The notes under the pieces were generated by a model. That model did no database searches and was not told the DNA's origin. It saw only the letters and a program-made list of their open reading frames with translations. Made by a program: the position numbers and the translations under genes. From a virus (lineage: Duplodnaviria > Caudoviricetes), in the IMG/VR virus record IMGVR_UViG_2721755523_000003, positions 1 to 64,000 of that record: DNA of 64,000 bases, one strand, 5' to 3'. The stretch's first letter is position 1. Each line of letters opens with the position of its first letter. Of this stretch, positions 48,714-59,797 are shown piece after piece.

Positions 48714-48746
48714 ATGACAAGACCCCGCCCTGCGGGGTCTTGTCAT
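48714..48746. terminator. 15-bp perfect hairpin after the SOS gene
   Basis: ATGACAAGACCCCGC-CCT-GCGGGGTCTTGTCAT followed by TTCT. Confidence 0.65.
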
Positions 48747-49081
48747 TTCTGCATTCGGCATGGCCGCTGGCGTGCCCGCAGCGCGCACAGGCTGCAGCGA
48801 TTGCCGGGCCTGCTCCCGTCGGCAAACATGGCATTCATACCCGGCCCGCGCGCCGGACCCGGCATACCGCCTGCCCGGTGCCACCGCGATCCGGTGGCCT
48901 GAGGCGTTCCCGGCATCCGCAGCCACACGCATGGCGGGTGCACCAGGAACAGGTCCGCGCGGGCCGGCCCACGAGGAGCTTCAGTGAGTCTTGCCATTCC
49001 CTTTCCCGCGCCGGATCAGGCGATACCACCACCGGCCCGTGCCGCCGCGCCCGCCAACCCTGCACACAGGGAGCGCGCCTG

Positions 49082-49285
49082 ATGCTGGCCATTGCCCGTG
49101 AATACGAAACGCTGGACGAGCTGTGCATGCGCCAGCTGGGCGCCACGCGCGGCGTGGTGGAAGCCACGCTGGAGCGCAACCCGGGCCTGCCGGCCCACGG
49201 TCCCCATCTGCCCGCCGGCCTGGCCGTCGAGCTGACCGAACCCGCCCAGGCGCCCAGCCTGCCCCTGATCAGTTTCTGGGATTGA
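49082..49285 (+). CDS. P2 gpX-like tail protein
   Basis: YETLDELCMRQLG...VEATLERNPGL...LPAGLAVEL...ISFWD. Confidence 0.85.
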   Translation: MLAIAREYETLDELCMRQLGATRGVVEATLERNPGLPAHGPHLPAGLAVELTEPAQAPSLPLISFWD

Positions 49286-49286
49286 C

Positions 49287-49553
49287 ATGGACCGAGAAAC
49301 CATCGTCAAGACCGCCGCCCTGGAAGGCGCCAAGGCCGCGCCTCCCGTCACCGTCGTGGCCGCGAACGTGGCCAATGGCTGGACCATGACCCATACCGCC
49401 ACCGCGCTGACCATCGTCTACGTGCTGCTGCAGGCCGTGTATCTGCTGTGGCGCTGGCGCAATGAACGCGAGGACCGGCGCGCGCGCCAGGCCGAGGACG
49501 CCGCGCGCAGGAAGGCGTCTTCGACCTCCACAGACACCGGAGCGGCCCCATGA
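49287..49553 (+). CDS. Holin
   Basis: 88 aa, hydrophobic segments with a basic C-terminus; between X and lysozyme. Confidence 0.75.
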   Translation: MDRETIVKTAALEGAKAAPPVTVVAANVANGWTMTHTATALTIVYVLLQAVYLLWRWRNEREDRRARQAEDAARRKASSTSTDTGAAP

Positions 49554-50131
49554 GCACAGCGCGCATGCCAGCGGCAGGACTGGGCATTGGCGCGGCCATC
49601 GTTGCTGCCTGGATTGCCGCAGAAGGCTTCAGCGCGGCGCCCATCATTCCCGTGCAGGGCGATGTGCCCACCATCGGCCACGGCGCCACGCGCTACGAGG
49701 ACGGCACACGCGTGACCCTGGCCGACCCGCCCATCACCCGCGAACGGGCGCGCGAACTGGCCATCAACCTGCTGGAGCAGCAGTACGGCGCCTGCGTGCG
49801 CGATTCGCTGGGTGACACGCGAGTGCATCCGGCCGAGTTCGCCCAGGCGGTGGACTTCGCAGGCCAGTACGGCTGCGGGGCCTGGCGCGGCTCCTCGATG
49901 CTGTCCAGGACACGGGCTGGCGACTACGCCGGCGCCTGCCAGTCCTACCTGTCCTGGCGATTCATGACCAGCACTCAGCCTTTGCAGGGCTTCAGCGCCT
50001 ATCGATGGGATGGCGCAGGCCAGCCCACGCGCTGGCGCTTTGACTGCTCGGCTCCCGGCAACAAGGTGTGCCGCGGCGTGTGGACACGCCAGCAGGCGCG
50101 CCACGCAGCCTGCATGGAGGCCCAGCCTTGA
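49550..50131 (+). CDS. SAR-type lysozyme (GH24) endolysin
   Basis: Gly/Ala-rich N-terminal anchor, then the E-X8-D-X5-T-like region AEGFSAAPIIPVQGDVPTIGHGAT. Confidence 0.85.
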   Translation: MSTARMPAAGLGIGAAIVAAWIAAEGFSAAPIIPVQGDVPTIGHGATRYEDGTRVTLADPPITRERARELAINLLEQQYGACVRDSLGDTRVHPAEFAQAVDFAGQYGCGAWRGSSMLSRTRAGDYAGACQSYLSWRFMTSTQPLQGFSAYRWDGAGQPTRWRFDCSAPGNKVCRGVWTRQQARHAACMEAQP

Positions 50132-50739
50132 TGGACCGCCTGCAAACCCATGCCTGGCAGCTGCTGGCCCTGCTGCTGGCGGCACTGCTGGTCTGGCAGT
50201 CGCTGGCGCGGCTGGGTGCCGAGCGCGATGCGGCGCAGGCGCGCACGGATCTGGCGACCGACCGCCAGGCCGCTGCCACCGCCGCCCTGCACGCATCCGA
50301 ACGCTATCGACAACGGGAAAGAGCCTACCGTGAACGCCTCGACTTTCTTGCACGCGACACGGACCTGGCCCTGGCGCGCGCTGCGGCGGATGCCGATGCT
50401 GCCCGCGCTGCTGCTGGCCGGCTGCGCGGCGACCTCGCCGACTACATCACCGCCCACCGTGTCGCCGCCCAGGCTCGCGCCGCTGCCGGACAGTGCGCGC
50501 CAGACACCGGCGCCCTCGATCTGCTCGCCGAGCTGCAGCGCCGCGCTGACGAGCGAGCGGGAGCGCTGGCGCGCATTGCTGACGACGCCCGCCACCGAGG
50601 CAGCGCCTGCGAGCGCGCCTACGACGCCGGGCTCGCGCTGACGAGTGAAGCGCGCATTCCCCATGTTCCCCGGAATCCATCGGGCCCTGCAGGCGACAGG
50701 CATTTGCCGGGCCTTTCAACCAAACCATCTACCCCCTGA
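50131..50739 (+). CDS. i-spanin (Rz/LysB, DUF2514-like)
   Basis: N-terminal TM, Ala-rich coiled coil, GSACERAYD motif, then an atypical extra tail of about 35 aa. Confidence 0.75.
   Translation: MDRLQTHAWQLLALLLAALLVWQSLARLGAERDAAQARTDLATDRQAAATAALHASERYRQRERAYRERLDFLARDTDLALARAAADADAARAAAGRLRGDLADYITAHRVAAQARAAAGQCAPDTGALDLLAELQRRADERAGALARIADDARHRGSACERAYDAGLALTSEARIPHVPRNPSGPAGDRHLPGLSTKPSTP
50330..50641 (+). CDS. o-spanin (Rz1) embedded in Rz
   Basis: Lipobox LLLAGC and Pro-rich mature part in an alternate frame; start uncertain (GTG 50330 or ATG 50390). Confidence 0.65.
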   Translation: MNASTFLHATRTWPWRALRRMPMLPALLLAGCAATSPTTSPPTVSPPRLAPLPDSARQTPAPSICSPSCSAALTSERERWRALLTTPATEAAPASAPTTPGSR

Positions 50740-50751
50740 AGGAAAACTCTC

Positions 50752-52115
<1,364 letters not shown>

Positions 52116-52119
<4 letters not shown>

Positions 52120-52649
52120 GCCTCTATCAACTGCTACCCAATGGGGCATATCGGCGGATATCAGACCAGGCCGCCATTCCTTTGGATCCGGCAAACCGGG
52201 ACTACCAGGAAGTGCAGGCCTGGCTTGCAGCAGGCGGCCTTCCACTACCGCTGGAAAAGCCTACAGCCCAGGCCATGGCTGCTGCTTTGCGACAAGCCCT
52301 GGCCACCGAGTACGCACAGCGCGTGCAGCTCATCGCTGCACCGTACGACGCGTTTGAGCGTGAGAGCTGGTATGTGCAGATCCTGGAGGCCATGGAGCTC
52401 CAGGCAACGCCAGATGCTTCCGCGCCCTGGATCACTGCTGCAGCCGCCGCACGCGGAGTGGAACGCCTGGAACTGGCACAACGCATTCGCGCCAAGGACC
52501 AGGCCTACCGCCAGGCACACGGCCTGCTGACAGGGAACCGCCAACGCATCGAAACCGCCATCGATACGGCGGGGACGGATCTGACCAGGCTATCCGGGAT
52601 CGATGTGACCGCGGGCTGGCCAGCCGCTTCAGGCCCCGCCCCCCACTGA
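52116..52649 (+). CDS. Tail fibre assembly chaperone-like protein
   Basis: IPLDPANRDYQEVQAWLAAGG motif; coupled to the fibre gene. Confidence 0.7.
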
Positions 52650-52790
52650 CGGTACCAGCCACGGCGGCAAAGCGAATGGCCTCCCCGGCCAGCAGCCGCG
52701 CCGCCGTGGTCGAGCGCCCGGCTCGCCCACGGGCATCGCGACAAAACGCTCCGATGCCGCCTACCCCAACCTTGATGGAGAGCTCTTGCC

Positions 52791-53300
52791 ATGCTCAAGC
52801 CCGCTAGCCTGCGCGACGCGCTCGTCGCTGCCCTGCCCCAGCTGCAACAGTCGCCAGGGAACATCCGTTTCACCATCCAGAGGGGCCGCGTGATCAACAC
52901 GGGCACGCCGTCCCTTTCCTGGGAATACCGCTACACGCTGAACCTGGTGATTGCGGACTTCACCGGCAGCATCGATGCCGTGACCGTGCCGCTGCTGGTC
53001 TGGGCGCGGCGCCACCAGCCCGACCTGTTCGACCATGCCGAAAGGCGCGAGCAGGCGATCCGCTTCGACATTGCGCCTCCTTCCACGGACCCTGCAGCCG
53101 CCTCGCAGCCGCAGCAGCTCGCGATCGAGATCGACCTGGTGGAGGCCGTGCTGGCGCGCCCGCGCGAGGGCAGCCCCGGCGCCTTCGACCTGATCTACAA
53201 GCCCGAGCCGCCGGGCCAGCTCGACATTGCACAGCGCCAGTTGTGGGAGCTGTTCCTGTTCGACGAGAAGGTGGCCGAGTGGAACTACGACCCGCGCTGA
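52791..53300 (+). CDS. P2 gpR-like tail completion/terminator protein
   Basis: MLKPASLRDALVAALPQL...SWEYRYTLNL. Confidence 0.85.
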   Translation: MLKPASLRDALVAALPQLQQSPGNIRFTIQRGRVINTGTPSLSWEYRYTLNLVIADFTGSIDAVTVPLLVWARRHQPDLFDHAERREQAIRFDIAPPSTDPAAASQPQQLAIEIDLVEAVLARPREGSPGAFDLIYKPEPPGQLDIAQRQLWELFLFDEKVAEWNYDPR

Positions 53301-53320
53301 GGCGTGGCCCTGCTCCATGC

Positions 53321-53370
53321 CGGGCTGCATGTCGGGCTGCATGTGGCGGCGTGTGCCACGCCCGGCACAC
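53321..53370. promoter_or_regulatory. 12-bp tandem duplication and TGT-N12-ACA inverted repeat upstream of V
   Basis: (CGGGCTGCATGT)x2 at 53321-53344; GTGTGCC-N6-GGCACAC at 53351-53370 fits the P2 Ogr-type TGT-N12-ACA pattern. Confidence 0.35.
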
Positions 53371-53398
53371 GGCGACACGCAAGGGCCCGGCCGGCACC

Positions 53399-54004
53399 AT
53401 GAACGCCATGGATTCGCCCGTCGCACAAACCGAGAGCCCGTACGAGATCATCCGCCGCCTGGAGGGGCTGATCCGCACGGGCACCATCGCCGCAGTCCGC
53501 CATGCGCGCCCTGCGCGCTGCCGCGTCAAGACCGGCAACCTGACCACCAACTGGATTCCCTGGCTGGCCCTGCGCGCCGCAGGCGAGAACGCCAGCGTCT
53601 GGTGGCCACCGGCCGTGGGCGAGCAGTGCGTGCTGCTGTCGCCCGGCGGCGACCTGCTGGGCGCCGTGGCGCTGACCGGCATCTACAGCAGCGCCGCAGC
53701 CCAGCCCAGCGACCGCGAAGGGGTATGCCACACGCAGTGGAGCCCCACTGATTTCATGGAGCACGACAGCACCACGGGCCGTCTCAACATCAACGTGGCC
53801 CATGGCATCACGCTGCGGGTGGGCAACTCGGTGATCAGCATCGACGAGCAAGGCATCAGCCTGCAGGCCGGCGGCGGTTCGGCCACCGTCAATGCGCAAG
53901 GCCTGGCCGGCGCGCCCGATGTGACCACCGGCCCCATCAGCCTGCTGCGCCACCGCCACGGTGGCGTCAGGGCGGGCGACGCCATCACGCAGGGACCGCT
54001 ATGA
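53399..54004 (+). CDS. Baseplate spike gpV
   Basis: LIRTGTI...WIPWL...PAVGEQCVLLSPGGD; C-terminal HRH metal-binding motif. Confidence 0.9.
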   Translation: MNAMDSPVAQTESPYEIIRRLEGLIRTGTIAAVRHARPARCRVKTGNLTTNWIPWLALRAAGENASVWWPPAVGEQCVLLSPGGDLLGAVALTGIYSSAAAQPSDREGVCHTQWSPTDFMEHDSTTGRLNINVAHGITLRVGNSVISIDEQGISLQAGGGSATVNAQGLAGAPDVTTGPISLLRHRHGGVRAGDAITQGPL

Positions 54005-54351
54005 ACCGCCATACAGGCCTCCGCATCGAGGGCATGGAGCATCTGCGCCAGAGCGTGGCCGACATCCTGTCCACGCCCATCGGCTCGCGCGTGATGCGCC
54101 GCGACTATGGGTCGCTGGTCCCGGCGCTGCTGGACCAGCCCGACAACAACGCCACCCAGGCACGCCTGCGCGCCGCCGTGGCCAGCGCGCTGATGCGCTG
54201 GGAGCCCCGCATCCGCCTGACACGCATCGTGATCGAGCGCGATCCGGCCATACCCGGGCGCGCCGACCTGACGCTGATCGGCACCTTCAACAACACGCGC
54301 CGCCCGGCACCGCTGAGCCTGCAGATGCCCATTGCCCGCACCCTTTCATGA
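54001..54351 (+). CDS. Baseplate gpW (gp25-like)
   Basis: ILSTPIGSRVMRRDYGS...RWEPRI. Confidence 0.92.
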   Translation: MNRHTGLRIEGMEHLRQSVADILSTPIGSRVMRRDYGSLVPALLDQPDNNATQARLRAAVASALMRWEPRIRLTRIVIERDPAIPGRADLTLIGTFNNTRRPAPLSLQMPIARTLS

Positions 54352-55205
54352 AGCAAGACATGACCCCTGCACTGGACGCCCTGCCGCCGCCCGGCGTCGT
54401 CGAGACGCTGGATTTCGAGCGCATCCTCGACGCCCACCGCGCCGATCTGCTGGCGCGCCACCCGGAGGCCGCCGAGGTCCTGGCGCTGGAGAGCGAGCCG
54501 CTCAACAAGCTGCTGGAGGCGCACGCCTATCGCGAGCTGCTGTACCGGGCGCGCGTCAACGATGCCGCGCGTGCGCACCTGATTGCGTTCGCCCAGGGCT
54601 CGGACCTGGATCACAAGGGCGCCTTCTATGACGTGGCCCGACTGCCCGGCGAAAGCGACGAACGCTACCGCCAGCGCATCCTGCTGCGCGTGCGCGCGCT
54701 GGCCGGCAGCGGCACGGCCGAGCACTACGAGCACCTGGCCATGACGGCCAGCCCCAATGTGCACAGCGCCATCGCCACCCAGCCCCAGCCCGGCCGCGTG
54801 AGCGTGCAGCTGTGGCTGGTCGAGCCCGCCCTGGCCGAAGAGACGCTGGCCATCGTGCTGTCGGCCCTCAATGCGCCAGGCGCGCGGCCGCTGGGCGTAC
54901 CCGTGTCGGTATCGCTGGCGCGCCCGCACCCCATCGACATCACGGCGCACCTGCTGCGCGAGCCCGGTGCGCCCGTGGACATCGTGGCGCGCCTGCAGGC
55001 CGGCCTGGCCGCCCAGATCGCGGCCTACGCGCTGCTGGGCCGCGATGTGCCGCGCTCGTGGATCACCACGCGCCTGCATGTGGACGGCATTGCCCGCGTC
55101 ACCTACCCCGACGCCCAGGCCCCGGCCGAGCTCACGCCGCTGGCCGCCGACGAATACCCGGTGCTGGGCCGCGTCCAGCTGGTGGACGAGGGCCTGCAGG
55201 CATGA
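54348..55205 (+). CDS. Baseplate J-like protein
   Basis: LPPPGVVETLDFE...RARVNDAARA...GSDLDH. Confidence 0.9.
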   Translation: MKQDMTPALDALPPPGVVETLDFERILDAHRADLLARHPEAAEVLALESEPLNKLLEAHAYRELLYRARVNDAARAHLIAFAQGSDLDHKGAFYDVARLPGESDERYRQRILLRVRALAGSGTAEHYEHLAMTASPNVHSAIATQPQPGRVSVQLWLVEPALAEETLAIVLSALNAPGARPLGVPVSVSLARPHPIDITAHLLREPGAPVDIVARLQAGLAAQIAAYALLGRDVPRSWITTRLHVDGIARVTYPDAQAPAELTPLAADEYPVLGRVQLVDEGLQA

Positions 55206-56182
55206 GCACCGCCGCCATCGCCCCGACGGCGCCCCGCCGCCATGTGCTGCCGCCCAACGCCACGGCGCTGGAGAAGGCCGTGGACCAGGTCGTCCCGAAT
55301 TGGGATGGCCTGGCCGGCGCCTTTCCCGCGCCAGCCCATGGCGAGCCTGCGGCCTTTCTGCCCTGGCTGGCGGCCGAATGGGGCATTGCCCAGTTCGACC
55401 GCTACTTCGACGATGTGCCCGCCCTCATCGCCAACGGCCTGCCCTGGCTGCGCGAGCGCGGCACGGCCGCGTCCATGCAGCGTGCGCTGGGCTGGCTGGG
55501 CTATGACGGCGCGCAGCTCGACGAGGATGGTGCCTGGCTGCACCTGGACCTGGGACGCATCATCGGCGACGCAGAGCTGGCCAGCGTGGCCCATGTGGTG
55601 CGCGCCAGCCTGCCGGCGCACGTGCGCTTTTACCGCGTCTTCCACGGCCACGACCTGCGCCCGCTGCGGCTGGACCACGGCCCGGGCCTGGACGCCGGCA
55701 TGCTGGACAACGACAGCGGCACCTGGATCGATGTGTCGCCGTATGGCGAACCCGTCAAGCTCAGCCAGGGCCTGCCCCGCCGCACCGGCACCGAGGCACC
55801 GCCTTCGGACGGCGTGCTCACGGCCCAGCTGTTCCGCGTCACCACCATCGCCACCTATGCCGACCGCATGCTGCTCGATGCCTGGACGCTGGACAGCGAG
55901 ATCCTGATCGACGCCAGCCTGGGCATCACCGAAGTCAACGCCACCACCACGGGCGAGCCCGCCTACTACGCGCCGCTGCGGCCCATTCCCGCGCAGGCCA
56001 TGGCCACCCACAGCGCCTGGACGGCGCCCGCTCCGCTGGCCCTGGCCAGCCTGCACCCCTGGGCCAGCACCGAGCGCCCGCACGACAACACCCGTACCTG
56101 GACCGGACGCTGGGACAGCACGCCCTGGCGCCGATCCTTCGAAACCCGCACCACCACCACCGAAGAACCCGAGGAACCCTGA
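55202..56182 (+). CDS. P2 gpI-like baseplate protein
   Basis: LPPNATALEKA...FLPWLAAEW...ERGTAASMQRAL. Confidence 0.85.
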   Translation: MSTAAIAPTAPRRHVLPPNATALEKAVDQVVPNWDGLAGAFPAPAHGEPAAFLPWLAAEWGIAQFDRYFDDVPALIANGLPWLRERGTAASMQRALGWLGYDGAQLDEDGAWLHLDLGRIIGDAELASVAHVVRASLPAHVRFYRVFHGHDLRPLRLDHGPGLDAGMLDNDSGTWIDVSPYGEPVKLSQGLPRRTGTEAPPSDGVLTAQLFRVTTIATYADRMLLDAWTLDSEILIDASLGITEVNATTTGEPAYYAPLRPIPAQAMATHSAWTAPAPLALASLHPWASTERPHDNTRTWTGRWDSTPWRRSFETRTTTTEEPEEP

Positions 56183-56184
56183 AC

Positions 56185-56670
56185 ATGGCAGTTCTGCAGC
56201 AAGCGGGCCGCATCGCCCTCGCCAAGGCCGTCGCCGCCCAGACCATCCACATCGCCTGGGGCCGCGGCCTGCCCGCCTGGGACGCCGCGCCCGAGCCCGA
56301 ACCCATCACCGCCAACGCCCTGGTCGACGAAATCGGCCGCCGCCTGGTCACCGAGGTGCGCTTTGCGCGGCCCGACGACAACGGCGAGATCGAGCTGCCC
56401 AGCGGCGCGCGCTACAGCGTCAGCGACACACCCACCACCTTCGTCTACCTGCGCGCGGCCTTCGGCTTCGACGATGCCAAGGGCGAGGACGTGCGCGAGA
56501 TGGGCGTGTTCTTCGGCACCCAGGTCGCCACCGACGTGCCGCCCGGCCAGCGCTGGGTGCTGGCCAGCCAGCTGACCGGCAAGGGCGAGCTGTACACGCT
56601 GGAGCGCCGCCCCCGGATCCTGCGCAGCGGCAGCGTGCGCCAGGTCGAAGAAATCATCCTCCCCTTCTGA
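56185..56670 (+). CDS. Baseplate/fibre attachment protein
   Basis: 161 aa, MAVLQQAGRIALA...IAWGRG; typical partner upstream of DUF4815-like genes. Confidence 0.65.
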   Translation: MAVLQQAGRIALAKAVAAQTIHIAWGRGLPAWDAAPEPEPITANALVDEIGRRLVTEVRFARPDDNGEIELPSGARYSVSDTPTTFVYLRAAFGFDDAKGEDVREMGVFFGTQVATDVPPGQRWVLASQLTGKGELYTLERRPRILRSGSVRQVEEIILPF

Positions 56671-56680
56671 ACGGCACCCC

Positions 56681-59600
56681 ATGAGCCAGACCAAGATCTA
56701 CGACCGCTTCGACGCCGGCAAGCGCTACGACAGGCTGCAGTTCGCGGCCGACCGCGTGCTGCAATCGGCCGAACTCAACGAGCTGCAGAGCATGCAGCAG
56801 CACCGCCTGCGCGGCATCACCGATGTGCTGTTCAAGGAGGGCGACATCGTCCGCGGCTGCCAGTGCATCACCTCCGCCGACACGGGTGCCACCACCATCG
56901 AGGCCGGCGCGCTCTACGTGGCCGGCGCCGTGCGCGGCATCACGCCGGGCACGCTCACCGTGGCCACCGTGGGCACGGTCTACGTGGGCGCCTACCTGCA
57001 GACCGATACCGTCACCGAGCTGCAGGACCCCGAACTGCTGAACCCCGCCGCCGGCACGCGCGGCTATGGCGAGCCCGGTGCGCTGCGCGAGCGCGTCACC
57101 CTGGTCTGGGGTGCGCAGGGCGACGGCACGGCCGGCACGTTCTATCCCGTGTGGACCATCATCGACGGCTCCGTCATGCCCAAGGAGCCGCCGCCCAACA
57201 TCGACGCCGTCACCCAGGCCCTGGCCCGCTATGACCGCGACAGCGCGGGCGGCACCTACGTGGTGCGCGGCCTGGACGTGATCATGGGCGAGGACCTGGC
57301 CACCGGCCAGCAGGTCTACACCGTGCGCGAGGGCGCCGCCCGCGTCAACGGCCATCCGCTGGAACTGGGTGCCAGCCGCCGCCTGGTCTACGAGGCCAAG
57401 CCCGACCTGTTCTTCGTGGACAGCGAGCCCCACACCTCGGCCGGCACGGCCGCCCAGCGCATCCGCTTCGACCGCCAGCCCGCTGTCGGCACGCCCCAGG
57501 TGCGCGTGCAGGCGCGCAAGACCGTCACGCTCACGCATGGCGGCTTCACGGGCGCGGCCGACCCGCTGCCCGACAACGCCGTGCTGGCCGTGGACAGCGT
57601 GGTCCAGGCCGGCACCACCTACGTGCAGGGCACGGACTGGAAGCTGGTCGGCGGCCAGATCGACTGGAGCCCCTCGGGCGCCGAGCCCGTGCCCGGCAGC
57701 ACCTACCAGGTCACCTACCAATACATGCTCAACGCCACGCCCACAGCTGTGGACTCCACGGGCTTCACCGTGGAAGGCGCGCTCAAGGACACCCTGGTGC
57801 TGGTCAGCTACCACTACGCGCTGCGCCGCTACGACCGCCTGGTGCTCAACAGCGAAGGCCAACTGCAATGGGTGCCCGGCGTGCCCGCCGCCTGGTCGCC
57901 CAAGGTGCCGGCAGCACCCAGCGGCACCCTGGCCCTGGCCTCGGTCTACCAAAGCTGGGACAGCAACCGCCGCGTGGACCAGGACGCCGTGCGCGTCGTG
58001 CCCATGCAGACCCTCAAGGCCTACCAGGACCACATCCAGACCATCTACGCCGACCTGGCCGAGCTGCGGCTGTCGGTGGACGTGTCGGGGCGGCACAGCG
58101 GGGTCAAGAAGGGGTTGTTTGCGGATCCGATGCTGGACAACGGCCTGCGCGATGCGGGGCGCAGCCAGAGCGCCCATATCCTGGGCGGACAGCTGCAGCT
58201 GCCCATGAACGCCAAGCTGCACCAGATCGGCACCGACATCACCGCTCCCCAGACCACGCCCTACCAGCCTGTGGTCGTGCTCGACCAGTTGGGCCGGACC
58301 GGCTCCATGCTGGTCAATCCCTATGGCGCCTTCGATGTGCTGCCCAGCGCAGCCACCCTGACGCCGGCCGTGGACTACTGGACCGATGTGCAGACCCAAT
58401 GGGCCAACCCCATCATCCTGCGCCTGACGCCCAGCCAGGCGCGTCCTTCGGAAACCGAAAAGCTGCTGTCCGAATCCACCAGGGCACTGGAGAAGCTGCG
58501 CCAGATCGATGTGCAGTTCTGGCTGGATTTCCCGGTGGGCGAAACCCTCACCGAGCTGATCTTCGACGGCATTCCCGTCACGCCCCAGCCCCTGACGGGC
58601 GGCACGCTCGTGGCCACGGCGCAGGGACTCAAAGGCACGTTCAAGATCCCGGCGGGCGTGCCCTCGGGCACCAAGAGCGTGCACTTCACGGGACGCGCCG
58701 GCAGCCATGCCGAAGCCGTCTTCACAGGCCAGGGCCAGTTGCTCGAGCGCAGCGTGGCCAAGATCACAGTCCAGCTCTACGACCCGCTGGCGCAGACCTT
58801 CACCCTGGGCACCACGCGCGAGATCTGCGGCACGCGCCTGTGGTTCGCTGCGGCGGGCGACAAGGATGTGCAGGTGCAACTGCGTGAAGTCACCAGCGGC
58901 GTGCCTTCGCGCAGCATCCTGGCCGAATGCGTGCTCAAGCCGGCCCAGATCAGCGCCGACATCGCCGCGGCCAAACCCACGCAGGCGCAATGGGCGCCGG
59001 TGCTGCTGGAGTCGGGCGTGGAATACGCCATCGTCGTGCTGACCAACGACAACACCACGGCCCTGGCTGTGGCCGAGCTGGGCGGCTGGGACGCCGCACG
59101 TGCCCAGTGGGTCACCAGCCAGCCCTACAGCGTGGGCGTGCTGCTGTCCAGCAGCAACGCCAGCACCTGGACACCGCACCAGACACGCGACATGGCATTC
59201 GAGCTGCTGGCGACCGAACACACGGCCAACACGCGCACCATCGAGCTGGGCAGCATCGCCGTGCAGGACGCCACCGACCTCATGGTCCAGGCCGGCGCCA
59301 TGCTGCCCGCGGCCGACGCGCAACTGGTCTTCGCCATGCAGTTGGAGGACGGCACCACGCTCGAGGCCGCCGCAGGCCAGCCCGTGCAATTGGCCAGCCG
59401 CTACAGCGGCAACGTGGCCGTGCGCGCCAAGCTCTCTGGCAACACCAACCACGCAGCCCACCTGCTGCCGGGCATGCAGCTGGTGGCCGGCAGCCTGCAG
59501 GCCACGGGCGACTACATCAGCCCCGCCATCAACGCCGGCAGCTACGTCACGCTCAACGTGGTGGCCGAGGCCGTGCTGCCGGCCGGCAGCGCCCTGGCCG

Positions 59601-59797
59601 TGCAGATGCAGGCCGAAGGCAGCAGCGCCTGGACCAACGTGCCCTACCTGAGCACCAGCCCCCAGACCGCAGGCGTGCTGGAGTTGAGCTACCGCCTCAC
59701 CGGCATCAGTGCCGAGCGCCTGCGTGTCCGCCTGGTCCTCACGGGCAGCCACGGCGCCCGTCCCCAGGTCACCAACTTGCGAGCCATCGTGATATGA
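56681..59797 (+). CDS. Large tail fibre/receptor-binding platform protein (DUF4815-like)
   Basis: 1038 aa, YDRFDAGKRY...LQSAELNELQ...GLFADPMLDNGLRD. Confidence 0.75.
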   Translation: MSQTKIYDRFDAGKRYDRLQFAADRVLQSAELNELQSMQQHRLRGITDVLFKEGDIVRGCQCITSADTGATTIEAGALYVAGAVRGITPGTLTVATVGTVYVGAYLQTDTVTELQDPELLNPAAGTRGYGEPGALRERVTLVWGAQGDGTAGTFYPVWTIIDGSVMPKEPPPNIDAVTQALARYDRDSAGGTYVVRGLDVIMGEDLATGQQVYTVREGAARVNGHPLELGASRRLVYEAKPDLFFVDSEPHTSAGTAAQRIRFDRQPAVGTPQVRVQARKTVTLTHGGFTGAADPLPDNAVLAVDSVVQAGTTYVQGTDWKLVGGQIDWSPSGAEPVPGSTYQVTYQYMLNATPTAVDSTGFTVEGALKDTLVLVSYHYALRRYDRLVLNSEGQLQWVPGVPAAWSPKVPAAPSGTLALASVYQSWDSNRRVDQDAVRVVPMQTLKAYQDHIQTIYADLAELRLSVDVSGRHSGVKKGLFADPMLDNGLRDAGRSQSAHILGGQLQLPMNAKLHQIGTDITAPQTTPYQPVVVLDQLGRTGSMLVNPYGAFDVLPSAATLTPAVDYWTDVQTQWANPIILRLTPSQARPSETEKLLSESTRALEKLRQIDVQFWLDFPVGETLTELIFDGIPVTPQPLTGGTLVATAQGLKGTFKIPAGVPSGTKSVHFTGRAGSHAEAVFTGQGQLLERSVAKITVQLYDPLAQTFTLGTTREICGTRLWFAAAGDKDVQVQLREVTSGVPSRSILAECVLKPAQISADIAAAKPTQAQWAPVLLESGVEYAIVVLTNDNTTALAVAELGGWDAARAQWVTSQPYSVGVLLSSSNASTWTPHQTRDMAFELLATEHTANTRTIELGSIAVQDATDLMVQAGAMLPAADAQLVFAMQLEDGTTLEAAAGQPVQLASRYSGNVAVRAKLSGNTNHAAHLLPGMQLVAGSLQATGDYISPAINAGSYVTLNVVAEAVLPAGSALAVQMQAEGSSAWTNVPYLSTSPQTAGVLELSYRLTGISAERLRVRLVLTGSHGARPQVTNLRAIVI

